Positions 26,185-38,338 are shown, counted from the first letter of the whole stretch. The stretch: DNA of 63,375 nt, filler included, from Globobulimina sp. (GCA_003354225.1; 53 parts of 53 records of this genome joined end to end with filler, not necessarily neighbours in it), one strand, 5' to 3'. Numbers and translations: made by a program. The notes: generated from the sequence alone by a model not told the origin.

Positions 26185-26231
26185 TTCGAATACTAGGATT
26201 CGAATACTAGGTCAACTTCGAATACTAGGTT
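26185..26231. repeat. Three copies of TTCGAATACTAGG
   Basis: Direct reading of 26185-26231. Confidence 0.8.
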
Positions 26232-27243
26232 GAAAACCACTCTAGCTAACCCAAAAACCTTGCNNNNNNNNNNNNNNNNNNNNNNNNNNNNNNNNNNNNN
26301 NNNNNNNTTAATTAATTAANNNNNNNNNNNNNNNNNNNNNNNNNNNNNNNNNNNNNNNNNNNNATTGGATTTGGCCAAGGTTTACATGATACACTCACTG
26401 CATTCGACGCTTTTTTTGTGCAGAAACCTTGGATTGGAATACTGACATTTTTGTGTTGTTATTTGAGTCTGATTATCGTAATCATTGTCATGTATCACAC
26501 GCGATATTTAAAGGCTTTATATTATGATATATCAAAAAAATAAATGTTGTATGACAGAATTAATTTTATTTAAGATGTACTGCGTGATACATTGCAAATA
26601 AATTGTTTTCTGCACTCTTCAATTGTTTCCAAATATCCTTTGCAAAGAAACTATATATAATTGATAATGTTTAGAGATAGGGAACTTTATACAGTGTCGT
26701 AACCAGTCCACGTCCCATGAAAACATAGGTATTACTAGTATGTGAGCGAGGGCTTCGACATAAAGTTCAATGACAGTTAATCATCGGATATTTCTTTTAT
26801 TGATTGATGTCCGTAATATTTATACTATGCACCAACCGAATTATTTGTTCGTTATAAATATCAATGCCGACCATATTGAACAGATTAAATATATTCAGTT
26901 TGTTACGTTTGTGTTGTGTGCCTGTAATGCGTGGATTTGTGACTGCAATATTTTATTTTAATTCTTCTCGTGTTGACTACATACAATGTCTGCCAATCTG
27001 AACAACATCGCCACCACAACTTCCTTCACATATTCATTAATACATTCCTCAATATATTCATTATACTGTATGTTTCTTTGATAATTCAATATGACCACAT
27101 GAATGACTCTACTTGTTCGTTTCAATGGTCTCTGTGGTCTCTGTGATGTCAATTGACTATCGAGCTTTACAGGATTGAAGCATGGTCAGTAAAAAGCAGC
27201 TTGAAATATAAATAAATCTTTTTGTTTTCAACTGCTTTCCGTC

Positions 27244-27461
27244 ATGTTCGACGAGTCACACCTGAAGGTAACATCGGCTTACATTGTGCTGTCATTATTA
27301 GTTTCAGCCGCAATTATTTTACTATGCATTATTATTCATTTAATGGTTAAAGCCAAACAAGTTACAAAAAAGATTCCTGTGATTATCACAGTGATTGGAA
27401 TTGTATCTTTTCTAATTGCAATATTGTTAATTATTTTCGTTGTCATTCAAGTCATATTGAT
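27244..27461 (+). CDS. Multi-pass membrane protein N-terminus
   Basis: Two long hydrophobic helices after the ATG. Confidence 0.5.
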
Positions 27462-27561
27462 NNNNNNNNNNNNNNNNNNNNNNNNNNNNNNNNNNNNNNN
27501 NNNNNTTAATTAATTAANNNNNNNNNNNNNNNNNNNNNNNNNNNNNNNNNNNNNNNNNNNN

Positions 27562-28659
27562 TTGGGTCGATATAATTTGAGTATTTTTGTTAGTTTTGGA
27601 TGGGTGGAATAAATTTTGTTGTTGTTGCATGATTTGGGGGATGTTTAATATCGGACTCATATTTCGTATGTCGCCGATTTCGATGCCTTGGATCCAAATG
27701 GCACAGCTAATGTGGGCGAATCCGCCTTGTTTGGTTCTGGCCAATGCACCGCCAACAATCGGACACAAACAACATTGCGGCGATGGCAGCGTTGGTTCAT
27801 TATCCTTGCTATCAATCATATGCTTACATGCGATGCATAGCCATTCACTGTTTTCATTTGGTATTTTCCGCAAACCGTAGCAATAGCGGTGGATGCCGAT
27901 ATTGCAGTGATCGCAAAAGATTATTGGGTTTTTGTCGACAAAGGTTCCATCAAAACAGACACAACAGACAGACACATCATTTTCATCATATTCGCCGGAG
28001 ATGTTATGAGTATTGGTGGCAAAACTATGTCTTCGCGAGGATGGCAATGGCGAATTGTCAAAAATGCCACATTTGTCACTAAAACCTTTGATGAAATGGC
28101 CACGGATTTGTTGCCAAATGCAAACGTGACGCATGCCATGACTTACTACTTCAGAATGCTGTGATACAAAGTAAGCATCATTTATTTTACTAAGAAAAAC
28201 TTAAAAACTTTTGACTTAACTAATGTTTGAAGCATGACAGCTTCTTTAAGTTGCACGCTCTCTCTTAACTGCGTCCGCATCATATGCTTGCGATCATCAT
28301 TTAACCGCATCACACTGTATAATGACATTACATTTTGATACAATTCCTGTGTGATTTCATTGTTTAAATCATTTGCCAGATTTGCATCCAAAACACGAAA
28401 ACTATCCAATGACATATTACTTTCTTGCTCGCTCTCATCATTCTTACGGCGTCGCTTATTTTTTAATGGAGAAGAATAGCCGTTACATTCTTGATTATTA
28501 TTACTTCGTTTTCGTTTTCTGCCTCTTTTCGGCTTTGGTTTATTTAATTTTTTATCAGCCTTATTATTATTATCCATATCTTCATCAATATGATAAATAG
28601 AGGCTGCCTCATCTTTATATACTTTGTTATTATTATCAATATTTGATCCGCGCGAAGTT
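27562..28659 (-). CDS. PHD-Zn knuckle-PHD (PZP; BRPF/JADE/AF10-like) protein, partial
   Basis: CCVC...NPIIFCDHCNIGIHRYCYG...WLCIAC...CCLCPIVGGAL...AHISCAIWI; upstream exon with NLS-like basic stretch. Confidence 0.92.
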
Positions 28660-28759
28660 NNNNNNNNNNNNNNNNNNNNNNNNNNNNNNNNNNNNNNNNN
28701 NNNTTAATTAATTAANNNNNNNNNNNNNNNNNNNNNNNNNNNNNNNNNNNNNNNNNNNN

Positions 28760-29293
28760 AATAACAATTCAAATCAAAAAATCACAGTATTTATGGATGA
28801 TATATTTGCATTTTGCACCAATATTAAAAAAGCATGTTTTTTCAAACGTTTATCGTTTTGTAGAGCTGGTATTACTGACAATTGTGTGGTTAAATGGTGC
28901 CAAACTATGATGGATAGGGATAAAAAAGATGAATATTTTGGCATTCAAGCATTGGATTTGAGTTTTAACGAACATATAAGTGACAAATGTATGGGCATAT
29001 TATTTGAATGTATCGCATATTCAATGCCAAAATTAGAGATAATAAATTTATCATCAACCTCAATATCTGATAAAACTTGTAATATTATTTATGATTTTTA
29101 TCAAACATATTACGGTGAGAAAGATAAATTTGGTTTGTCGTTATATTCAATAAATATAATGCGTTGTGATAAGATTACTAAAAATGGAGAAAACATACTG
29201 AGCACAATATTTATGGAGGAGTGGTGTCCGAATAATTTCTATATTCATAGTGTTATTCAATCACACACAAAACTCATTGACGTTAATGTTTAA
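28760..29293 (+). CDS. RNI-like leucine-rich repeat protein, C-terminus
   Basis: LSFCRAGITD, LDLSFNEHISD, INLSSTSISD, INIMRCDKIT repeats. Confidence 0.75.
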   Translation, partial: NNNSNQKITVFMDDIFAFCTNIKKACFFKRLSFCRAGITDNCVVKWCQTMMDRDKKDEYFGIQALDLSFNEHISDKCMGILFECIAYSMPKLEIINLSSTSISDKTCNIIYDFYQTYYGEKDKFGLSLYSINIMRCDKITKNGENILSTIFMEEWCPNNFYIHSVIQSHTKLIDVNV

Positions 29294-30168
29294 AAGTGTT
29301 AATTTGCAGTTTGTTGTTTATAAAGTTCAAAATTAGAACAAATTAATGTTAAACGAATATTACCGTTTCCAAAGTTCCAAACATTACGCTTTCGAAAATG
29401 GGAATGGCAAAGTAGTCATCAAAAAAACTAACTTCACAAAATTTACTCAACAATGTGAAATACAATATAAAAAAATAAAATAAAACATATATATTTGATT
29501 GTACTTCATATATATGGTCAGTATATTAAACATGACCTACGCATCCGCATCAACCAGACTTATCATATCACTCGATCCAAAATCTAAATGCATGTCGATT
29601 GATGGTACAGTAGTGTCGCTATCATACCCTAAATCTTCCGGTATTAACAAGTTCTTATATTCATTAACATTTGGTACTAAATTTCCTCCATTTGTTGTAT
29701 CTGTTGTATTTGTTGTATTTTCAGCAACCGTATGACTTTTTATTTCTTGAAAAACGTTATTTTCATATAAAATACCACCAAACAAAACGCACATTGCTGT
29801 TAAATTTATTATATTATACAACAAAATAAAATTTATATTATTTGCAGCATAAGATCGNNNNNNNNNNNNNNNNNNNNNNNNNNNNNNNNNNNNNNNNNNN
29901 NTTAATTAATTAANNNNNNNNNNNNNNNNNNNNNNNNNNNNNNNNNNNNNNNNNNNNTATTGAAAAATGCATATCCCAATTTCTTCCATTTACAACAAAA
30001 AACAAGTTGCCCAAATTATTTTTTCTTTTAAGACTCTATCTGAAACTTCCATTATTGTGGAAGATATTTGGGCAACAAGCTTTTATTATAGCAAGAAAAT
30101 AACAAAATATTCGATTTGAATTATAATTAATTTATTATCGTGAGAATATTATCACAAGAGGTATTTCG

Positions 30169-31055
30169 ATGGGAGTTGTAATTATAACGGGTTCGGCAGG
30201 TTTGATTGGAAGTGAGGCATCTAAGTTTTTTCATGATAAGGGGCTGGATATTTATGGAATTGATAACAACTTACGGAATTACTTTTTCGGTAAAGATGGA
30301 TCCACTGAGAGGAAACGAGAAGAGCTCGAATCATCATTAAACAGGTACACACACTTAACAATTGATGTGAGGGATCATGCGGCAATTAACCAAATTTTTA
30401 AAGACCTTGGAAAAAATATCGAACTTGTTATCCACGCAGCAGCCCAACCATCACACGATTGGGCTGCAAAAGAACCCATTACAGATTTTATGATAAATGC
30501 CAGTAGTACCCTGTATCTTCTTGAGGCTGTAAGGAATTACTGTAGAGATGCAGCATTTATTTTTACAAGCACAAACAAGGTTTATGGTGACACGCCTAAT
30601 AATCTACCATTGATTGAACTTGAGACACGTTGGGAAGTTGACCCATCTCATGCGTATGCTGAGCATGGAATTGATGAGTCTATGACGATTGATCAGTCTA
30701 AACATAGTGTGTTCGGGGCCTCAAAGGTGGCTGCGGATATTATGGTTCAGGAATACGGCCGTTACTTTGAAATGAGTACCGGAATATTCAGGGGTGGGTG
30801 TCTTACTGGGCCGGCTCATGCCGGTGCAGAACTGCATGGATTTTTAGCATATCTTGTAAAGTGTGCGATGTCAGGTAGAAAATATACTATATTCGGCTAT
30901 AAAGGAAAGCAGGTAAGGGATAACATCCACAGCTATGATCTAATAACATCTTTCTGGCATTTTTTCCAGAATCCGAATTCGGGCGCTGTGTATAATATTG
31001 GCGGAAGCCGTTACAGTAATTGTTCCGTACTTGAGGCGATTAAAATGGTTCAGGA
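30169..31055 (+). CDS. Bacterial NAD-dependent epimerase/dehydratase (CDP-paratose 2-epimerase/RfbE-like)
   Basis: [40 protein letters not shown]; intronless; AGAGG ribosome-binding site upstream. Confidence 0.92.
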
Positions 31056-31269
31056 NNNNNNNNNNNNNNNNNNNNNNNNNNNNNNNNNNNNNNNNNNNNT
31101 TAATTAATTAANNNNNNNNNNNNNNNNNNNNNNNNNNNNNNNNNNNNNNNNNNNNCATTTAAAAAACCTGCAGAAATCGATCAGTCTTTCCCAACAATAA
31201 CCAAATAAATAAAGACAAAAAACATGGTCATTCATAGTTACCATCAAATCAAATGATCACTATTTCAGC

Positions 31270-32109
31270 AATTTCATTTTCTTCCGATATGCATTGGTAT
31301 GTTGTAAGCACATTGAAAATATTACATCTGCGCTCTTTGTGTTCGTTCTATACTCAAAATACGCCTGAATATCATTTTTAATTTATTATCTTTCTCCGTT
31401 TGATAATATATGACTGAACTTTTTTTTTCATAGCACAAACAACATGATATTTTTTATTACAATGTGCTTGGCAACAGTCCAAAGTCGCTCCTTTATTTCC
31501 AAAACAAAAACAACATTCTTTACCAAACCGTGATTTGGGTATTTTCAAAATGTCAATACATTCATTGCTATCTGGACAACGAAAAAATGCTTCAGGAATC
31601 CACATAGCACATTGCAAATGACACCATCTTTTTGTTTGGAATCAGATTATATGATAAAAGAATAAATTAATGTAATAGAATTGCAAAAAAATACCTCCAA
31701 CATGTTGTCCTTTTCATTGCTCCGGTTGACATTGAACATAATACACATTTCTATATTTATATATGTAATATAATATATATAACCGAATGCAAATAGTAAA
31801 CAACTGAACTGGTTCAACATTGTCAGATTGGCATACATTGCAAATCCATTCATCTTTAGGCACATTGGGTACTAATGGATAACCATAACAACTTTGATGA
31901 ACTCCAACATTACATTTATCACAATAAACCATTAAATTTAACGGACATTCAACAGTACTCTCCGTAAAAAATGCGCTGCAAACAGCACAACAATATCCTG
32001 TCATAGATTCAATACTTGATTCTCGCGACATTTTACCATTATTACCAGCAACTTCTATTTGGTGATTTACTTGTTTGGTCCGCAAGATTTTCGCTTCTGT
32101 CATTTCCAA
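31270..32109 (-). CDS. Second PZP (PHD finger) protein, multi-exon
   Basis: CAVC...MVYCDKCNVGVHQSCYG...WICNVC; HLQCAMWIPE; CCFC...GATLDC...C...YHVVCA. Confidence 0.85.
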
Positions 32110-32353
32110 GTTTTTTTTAATTAATTTGTTTTTTTTAGTATTTTATTAAACTCATACTAACCATCCTTCCGTTCAGAATGCTTCAGAGAACGCGTCAATT
32201 GTCCATGCGTCGCATCCAACACACATTGAAGCAAAATAAACCATCACTAAACANNNNNNNNNNNNNNNNNNNNNNNNNNNNNNNNNNNNNNNNNNNNTTA
32301 ATTAATTAANNNNNNNNNNNNNNNNNNNNNNNNNNNNNNNNNNNNNNNNNNNN

Positions 32354-33450
32354 TGGCCTCTCGCAATGAGATAACTTTTGTAATTAATAAATTGCTTATT
32401 AATAAACTGTTGATCACAAATACTACGTATTCTTAATGCTGTTGATGATATTATGGCTCTTTTTTGATGATTTCCGTGGCACGAATCGTTTTGTAGTGTG
32501 CACTGCGTAGCGGCATCTTTTGAATGCCCATCCACCGCAATGTCCCATCCCCAAAATTGTAACTCATCAAATATTTTAAGTTTGCGCTGTACCAAAAATT
32601 TCGTGTCTAATATTTCTAAGTACTTTCCATTTAAATCTGTGTCTCTATTCACGCAGTCATAGTCCAGCGTAAATTGTAGTGCCTTATTTAGCGAATTCAT
32701 GCCATATAATAAGCATTTTAAATCAAAAGTGTCTCCACATCCCGCCCCAAAATAATCATCTCTGAACCTACCACCCATTAAAACTTCCAACGCCGATCTC
32801 TGTCCAATCCAATTTATATCACTTAATAGATTGTCATAACACACTATGGCTAAATCTGCATAGCGACACGCCCAACATCTGCCCATTCCGCATCCTCTTC
32901 TTTTGATATATAACTTTTCATTCCATCCAAAGACGCCTCTTCGTAATGCTATATTCAATAAATCTAAAATGCACTCCATCGATGGGTGAGATGCTAATAA
33001 ATTGTTATTTTCCTCAAATCGTAATTTTAATTGTTTCAATCCGTATTCATGCAATATAGACGGATATAATTTTACCACATCAAATGACCAGACAATGAAA
33101 TCCGGTCTATTTCTGATTCTCCATTGAATGTCTAAATCTTCGTTGAAATTAATGATTCTTATTAATAAATCTTTGGTGTCCTTTAACAGGAAACCTTTCG
33201 CTAATTCGGCTTTCCAGATTGGTTCAATCAAATAATCAATGAATTTATCCGTCGGCTCCCAAAAAGTACCGACAAATGATGAGATTAAACGCAATGAAGG
33301 CTCGGCTTTATGCGTTTTCCACAAAGGGTATAAATTTGCGTTTCTATAATGGTATCTCGCCGGAAATTGGGGGGCCAGCGCCTTAAACCATTCTTCTTTT
33401 ATTTCTCCTTTGTCGACCCATTTTGACAGTGCTTTTGTCAAAATCTCTAC
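32354..33450 (-). mobile_element. Penelope-like element reverse transcriptase, open frame
   Basis: LWKTHK...LRLISS, LKDTKDLL, SFDVVKLYPSI, GCGMG, RFRDD, LQFT, DSCHGNHQK, LIARG. Confidence 0.9.
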
Positions 33451-33550
33451 NNNNNNNNNNNNNNNNNNNNNNNNNNNNNNNNNNNNNNNNNNNNTTAATT
33501 AATTAANNNNNNNNNNNNNNNNNNNNNNNNNNNNNNNNNNNNNNNNNNNN

Positions 33551-34647
33551 AAGAAACCAGACATTTTTTTGCTGCAAGAATCATATAAATTTTATGAAGA
33601 AAAAGAAGCGAATTTAACAGTGAAAGTTAAGAATTACCAAACATTTACAAATAAGAAAGATGGATACGGCAAAGTCATTATTTTGTCATTCACCACGAAC
33701 GCGTTAACATTAATTTTAAACATAACACAAAGATCAATCGAGAAATTGCGAGATTAGACATGAAAATCAATGAAAACAAAAACAGAAAGACAGCGCTGTT
33801 AATGTCAAAACTGTACGTATTGACATTGAAGGTTTATGATAGAGACATGGGACAAGCTTTTATTGTTAATAACTATTATCGCCCTCAAAATGGCAAACCA
33901 GGGTCAAAAATCGAACTATTATTGGATTATTTAGATCTTTTGATTGCGACAAAGAACTACAAATCGTTTCCGATCCTGGTTGGAGGCGATATGAATTCTC
34001 ATAATAATGCATGGTTTGAAGGAGAAGTTAGACCGTCAAAGGCAGAAAAAAGCGGAGCAATTTTGGCAGATTGGATATATAATAATAAATACATGATATT
34101 AAACGACAAGAAAGCAACGAGAGTGAGGAAACAACAGAGGACGTCTCCTGACGTAATGTTTATTAACGACAAATACTGGACAGAGGACTTTAGACATTCA
34201 AACATTAATAAATATTATTCAGATCACTTGGCGCTGTTTGCATATTACAGCAAAGGTGAATTGTATGAAAAAGATCCAAGACTTTTTTAAACACAGAATT
34301 GTTGACACTTCGATTGATATTTTAGGATTACGGAAAAAAACGATCGGAAACGACAAACCGTGGCTGACGATAAAAATGAAGAACGCCATAAAAGATTATA
34401 TTTGTTATAAAGAGCGATTTAAATTATTCAGCAAAAGAAAAAAAACAGCAATGAAGCACGTATTGATTGAAAAAAAGAGAATTAGCGATGAACTCTGTGA
34501 CAACGGAAGAAAAGCATGGATCAAAGATGAAATCAGAAACATTAATAACAACGGTACAATGCCATGGAAACAGATAAATAATATAATCAAATATGATAAC
34601 AATGCCACAAAAAGTATCCCAGTGTGGTATAATGAGAATGGTACGAT
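33551..34647 (+). pseudogene. AP-endonuclease region of a non-LTR retrotransposon ORF2, disrupted
   Basis: PDIFLLQES, NNYYRP, GGDMNSH, SPDVMF, SDH, then KPWLT; stop at about 33757 and a frameshift near 34290. Confidence 0.85.
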
Positions 34648-34985
34648 NNNNNNNNNNNNNNNNNNNNNNNNNNNNNNNNNNNNNNNNNNNNTTAATTAAT
34701 TAANNNNNNNNNNNNNNNNNNNNNNNNNNNNNNNNNNNNNNNNNNNNTGACCATACAATTTTTTATATCATCATAATAATAAAAAATAATATATGCTTTC
34801 TGCTTTTTTGATTGAGTTTATGGGAAAAAATTGAAATACAAACATCCATCCATCTATCAATTCTCTATAATCCATCCATCCATCCAACGAGACACAAACG
34901 ATCGATGACATTACGCTCAAAGCAAAACTTTTTTCAGTTTTTTGTCTTCGCAGCATCAAAAACAATGGATGCTCCGTAGGATATC

Positions 34986-35047
34986 GCGAGCGAAGCTCGC
35001 CAATTTATTATGGTATTTATGGCGGCGGCGAAGCCGCCGCATCTTGT
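34986..35047. repeat. Two GC-rich GAA-loop hairpins, Helitron-terminus-like
   Basis: GCGAGC-GAA-GCTCGC (34986-35000) and GCGGCGGC-GAA-GCCGCCGC (35022-35040) followed by ATCTTGT. Confidence 0.55.
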
Positions 35048-35619
35048 TTATATGGTATTAATCTCAATCATCACATATTTAATTTTTGTTTTTTTGTTTC
35101 TATTTATAAATAAATAGGTTTTTGGATAGTCTAATAAAAGTAAAATAAAGTTACTTTTACTGGCGTTTTTGGGAATAAAAGTGGAATTACTCCACTCCTT
35201 TTGACCCGTTTACTCCACTTAGTGGAGTAAAATAGAAACAAAAAACACAAAACTATATAAAACAAAAAGATGTGATGAATTATGGGATGAAAATGTTAAG
35301 ATGCTGGACCCAACTCTTCCTTAATATCACAACAATAAATAGAGCGACTTCGTCGTTCACCACCTTAAACAAAGTCGCTCGCCACCTACACATCCACCTA
35401 CACAGCCGCCTCAACCACGATATCTCATCCGCCTCCACCACGACATCCAAACGCCAGCCAAATCCATAATACCATATGATACTATAAAAGTATAACAAAT
35501 AAATCCATAAATAGAACATAAAATACATACTTAATTGGTCACAACACACCGAGCATCATGGCACTATTTTTGCGGAACATAGTTGCAGAGTTTTATGGAA
35601 CAATTGTATCAAAAAAAAA

Positions 35620-35844
35620 CAATTAGCAATATGGGGTCGCGTATATGGTACAGGTGGTGCAATTTCATTTGATTTAAGTGGTCCAACTAAGATTACTGGA
35701 GCTCGTATATGGGTGACCTACGTAATTTGCTTATCAATACAATTTAGAGTAAATTCTTCATGGTCAATTAATTTGGGTGAAAATGAATCTACCTCTTCCA
35801 AAAAAAAAGAATTAATTTGCGTCAAGAATGAATATTTTCATTCT
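35620..35844 (+). CDS. Possible jacalin-like lectin fragment
   Basis: YGTGGAISFD...ITGARIW...SIQFRVNSSWS; the ATG at 35558 is out of frame across an A9 run. Confidence 0.35.
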
Positions 35845-35944
35845 NNNNNNNNNNNNNNNNNNNNNNNNNNNNNNNNNNNNNNNNNNNNTTAATTAATTAA
35901 NNNNNNNNNNNNNNNNNNNNNNNNNNNNNNNNNNNNNNNNNNNN

Positions 35945-37041
35945 ACCAATAACAATGCAGAGACATTAAGTGACGATTCAATTAATGACCATTTATGGTT
36001 TGCGGACCTGACAAATGAAATTAATTCGCAATATATTAATATCCTAAAATTAATTCAAAAATATGCAGTGAAACCTGACGATGTTATTATAACCAATATA
36101 ATTAAGAATAGACGGTGGTGCAGAAACACTTTATTTCAAATGAACAATGAAACGGGACGCGATTTGGAATCACCATCGTGGATAAAAGAGGATAGTTGTA
36201 AGAGAATGGTTGATTTTATTGTGGCGGATGACTGCATTCAAAGCATTGGCAAACAGTTTAAATCGAATTTAATGTATGATGAGAATTATGTTTTTATTAC
36301 GCCGGTGACCGTCAATGGAATTAACCCAAAATTAATTGTTGGTGATGAGGCGTTAGATTTCCCCTCAATGAAATTTCGATGCGGCGCGAACTGTAAATAT
36401 ATGTTATTATTGCGGAGTAATTTATATTATGACTTCCTCGCAACTGCGCCAACCTGTGTCTGTGGAAAGAAATTTGTGCCACATTCCGCGTGTCCAGAAT
36501 TAGCAAAATATGTCAAAAAAAGAATTAATGAGATTAAACAGCGATGCAAAAAAGGGAAAATTACGCAGAAACAGGCGGAGATTGAGATAAATAAAATTAA
36601 ATCAATTAAATGCATTAAATGTGGCCATTGGGGACATGTTATTAATGGATGTAAATGCGATGAGCCGTCGTGTATTTGTTGCCATAAATCACGGCATATT
36701 CGGACTTTAAATATTTTAATTTGCTCAGATTCATTCAATTTGGTTAAATTATTTGAGAATTTGCATAATATTATTTCGAATTGGAATGATATTAATTTAG
36801 CAAATATTGATCATTATAAATTAATACATTGCCAAGTTAACAGTTCATTGAAGCTATCGGAGTTATTTAAAGTCATTGATTCCAATTCAATCAATCAAAC
36901 AATATTAAATACAAATAATCAAAGCGAAGAGAAAAAACAAGAGACTTTCTGCGAAGCGGCCCTCCAAAATAATACCAATAACAAAAATAATAATTCCCAA
37001 CGAGATAATAACCCAAATCCCTCCAATAATAATAACTCCGC
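35945..37041 (+). mobile_element. Gag/ORF1-like protein with CCHC zinc knuckle
   Basis: CIKCGHWGHVINGC (C-x2-C-x4-H-x4-C) then CICCHKSRH; intronless; homologous to the ORF at 38339-38883. Confidence 0.6.
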
Positions 37042-37141
37042 NNNNNNNNNNNNNNNNNNNNNNNNNNNNNNNNNNNNNNNNNNNNTTAATTAATTAANNN
37101 NNNNNNNNNNNNNNNNNNNNNNNNNNNNNNNNNNNNNNNNN

Positions 37142-37254
37142 GATTTGTGGGTTATGAAAAACGTGCTTTCGGTCACAAACCAGTTTGTTGATAACCGACC
37201 CGCCACAAATCAGCAGAGCCGAAAACAAATTCCATGTTCATTGCATTGTTAGAA
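37142..37254 (-). mobile_element. Integron attC site (truncated by contig end)
   Basis: Minus strand TTCTAAC-AATGC-AATGAAC...; R'' is complementary to the cassette start GTTAGAATT. Confidence 0.7.
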
Positions 37255-37482
37255 TTCGTGCCGCACAGACGAAAGATTGTGCCCACAAAACTTTCAATTC
37301 GCAAACGACAAATTAAGCTTTTGTTTTTATTCGGCCCGATTCGGAAAAGAACCGAATTTTCGATTAATCATCGTGCTTTCGAAAAACGGGCGAAATAAAG
37401 TTCGAAAGACGACAACTTTTCGACTTTCAAAGTAGTTTGAAAGTCGGGACTGAAATTCCAACCCAATATTTCAATTTCAAAA

Positions 37483-37600
37483 TTCTAACGGTTCATGATA
37501 ACCGGCGGCGACGCGAAGTTTTGGTCACCACCGCAATTTAGATTTTGTTTTTTGGCCAAAAACAGAAGCGTTTTCCGTCCGGTTGATTATCTTGTTAGGA
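37483..37600 (-). mobile_element. Integron attC site (118 bp)
   Basis: Minus strand TCCTAAC-AAGAT-AATCAACCGGACG...CGCCGGTTATCATGAACC-GTTAGAA, a canonical R''/L''/L'/R' layout. Confidence 0.9.
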
Positions 37601-37612
37601 GGCTTTTCTGTT

Positions 37613-38089
37613 TTAGTTGCCTAGCCATATATTTGGCGTAAGTTTCGAGTGATATTCTTTGCCTTTTTCTGAAATGTTGCTTATGTAAATTTTCCCCATA
37701 CTGTTCACCAAATGTATTTTTGGTTCATTTTCATTTCTGAAGTCAATTGTGCCGATAATTAAATTGCTACCATACGGGTCATTGACACTCTTGCATTTTA
37801 TTTTGTGATAATTTTCAGAAATAATTTCACTTTCAAATATTTCAAAAACATATGGTTCGCAAAAAACTTGATCACCCATTCTGACAAAGGAAACAAGCTG
37901 GATTGGAAACTGAGGGGTTCGATTTGAATATTCCAGTTTGCCGTAAATGTTGTCGTTTTCGTTTATTGTTACCGCAATCTTTAAGCTGTAGCTTTCATCT
38001 GTGTTTAAGATGTTTTTAGAGTAAACGTTTCCGGAAAGTAATAAAGAGGCCGCAAGGAATATGGATGTAATTGAAATGCTTATTTTCAT
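37613..38089 (-). CDS. Integron cassette gene, 158-aa exported protein of unknown function
   Basis: Lies between two attC sites; AGGAGG within the core site just before ATG; Sec-type signal peptide MKISISITSIFLAASLLLSGNVYS. Confidence 0.85.
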   Translation of the reverse strand: MKISISITSIFLAASLLLSGNVYSKNILNTDESYSLKIAVTINENDNIYGKLEYSNRTPQFPIQLVSFVRMGDQVFCEPYVFEIFESEIISENYHKIKCKSVNDPYGSNLIIGTIDFRNENEPKIHLVNSMGKIYISNISEKGKEYHSKLTPNIWLGN

Positions 38090-38096
38090 TCTTGCC

Positions 38097-38214
38097 TCCT
38101 AACGGTTATGATAAGCGGCGGCGACGAAATGTTTCGGCTTACTACCGCAATTTAGATTTTGCTTTTCGTGAACCACACCTGCGTATTCCGTCCGACTTGA
38201 TTGCATTGTTAGCT
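38097..38214 (-). mobile_element. Integron attC site (118 bp)
   Basis: Minus strand AGCTAAC-AATGC-AATCAAGTCGGACG...CGCCGCTTATCATAACC-GTTAGGA; the upstream cassette ORF (...KINS*) stops inside R''. Confidence 0.9.
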
Positions 38215-38338
38215 GTTGATTTTTGATACTTCAATGTCNNNNNNNNNNNNNNNNNNNNNNNNNNNNNNNNNNNNNNNNNNNNTTAATTAATTAANNNNNN
38301 NNNNNNNNNNNNNNNNNNNNNNNNNNNNNNNNNNNNNN

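Noticed and set aside
37613-38089. Cassette gene inverted relative to its array
   Set aside because: The attC L''/L' asymmetry, the ribosome-binding site in the core site and the stop codon inside R'' show the array runs on the minus strand, so the orientation is standard.
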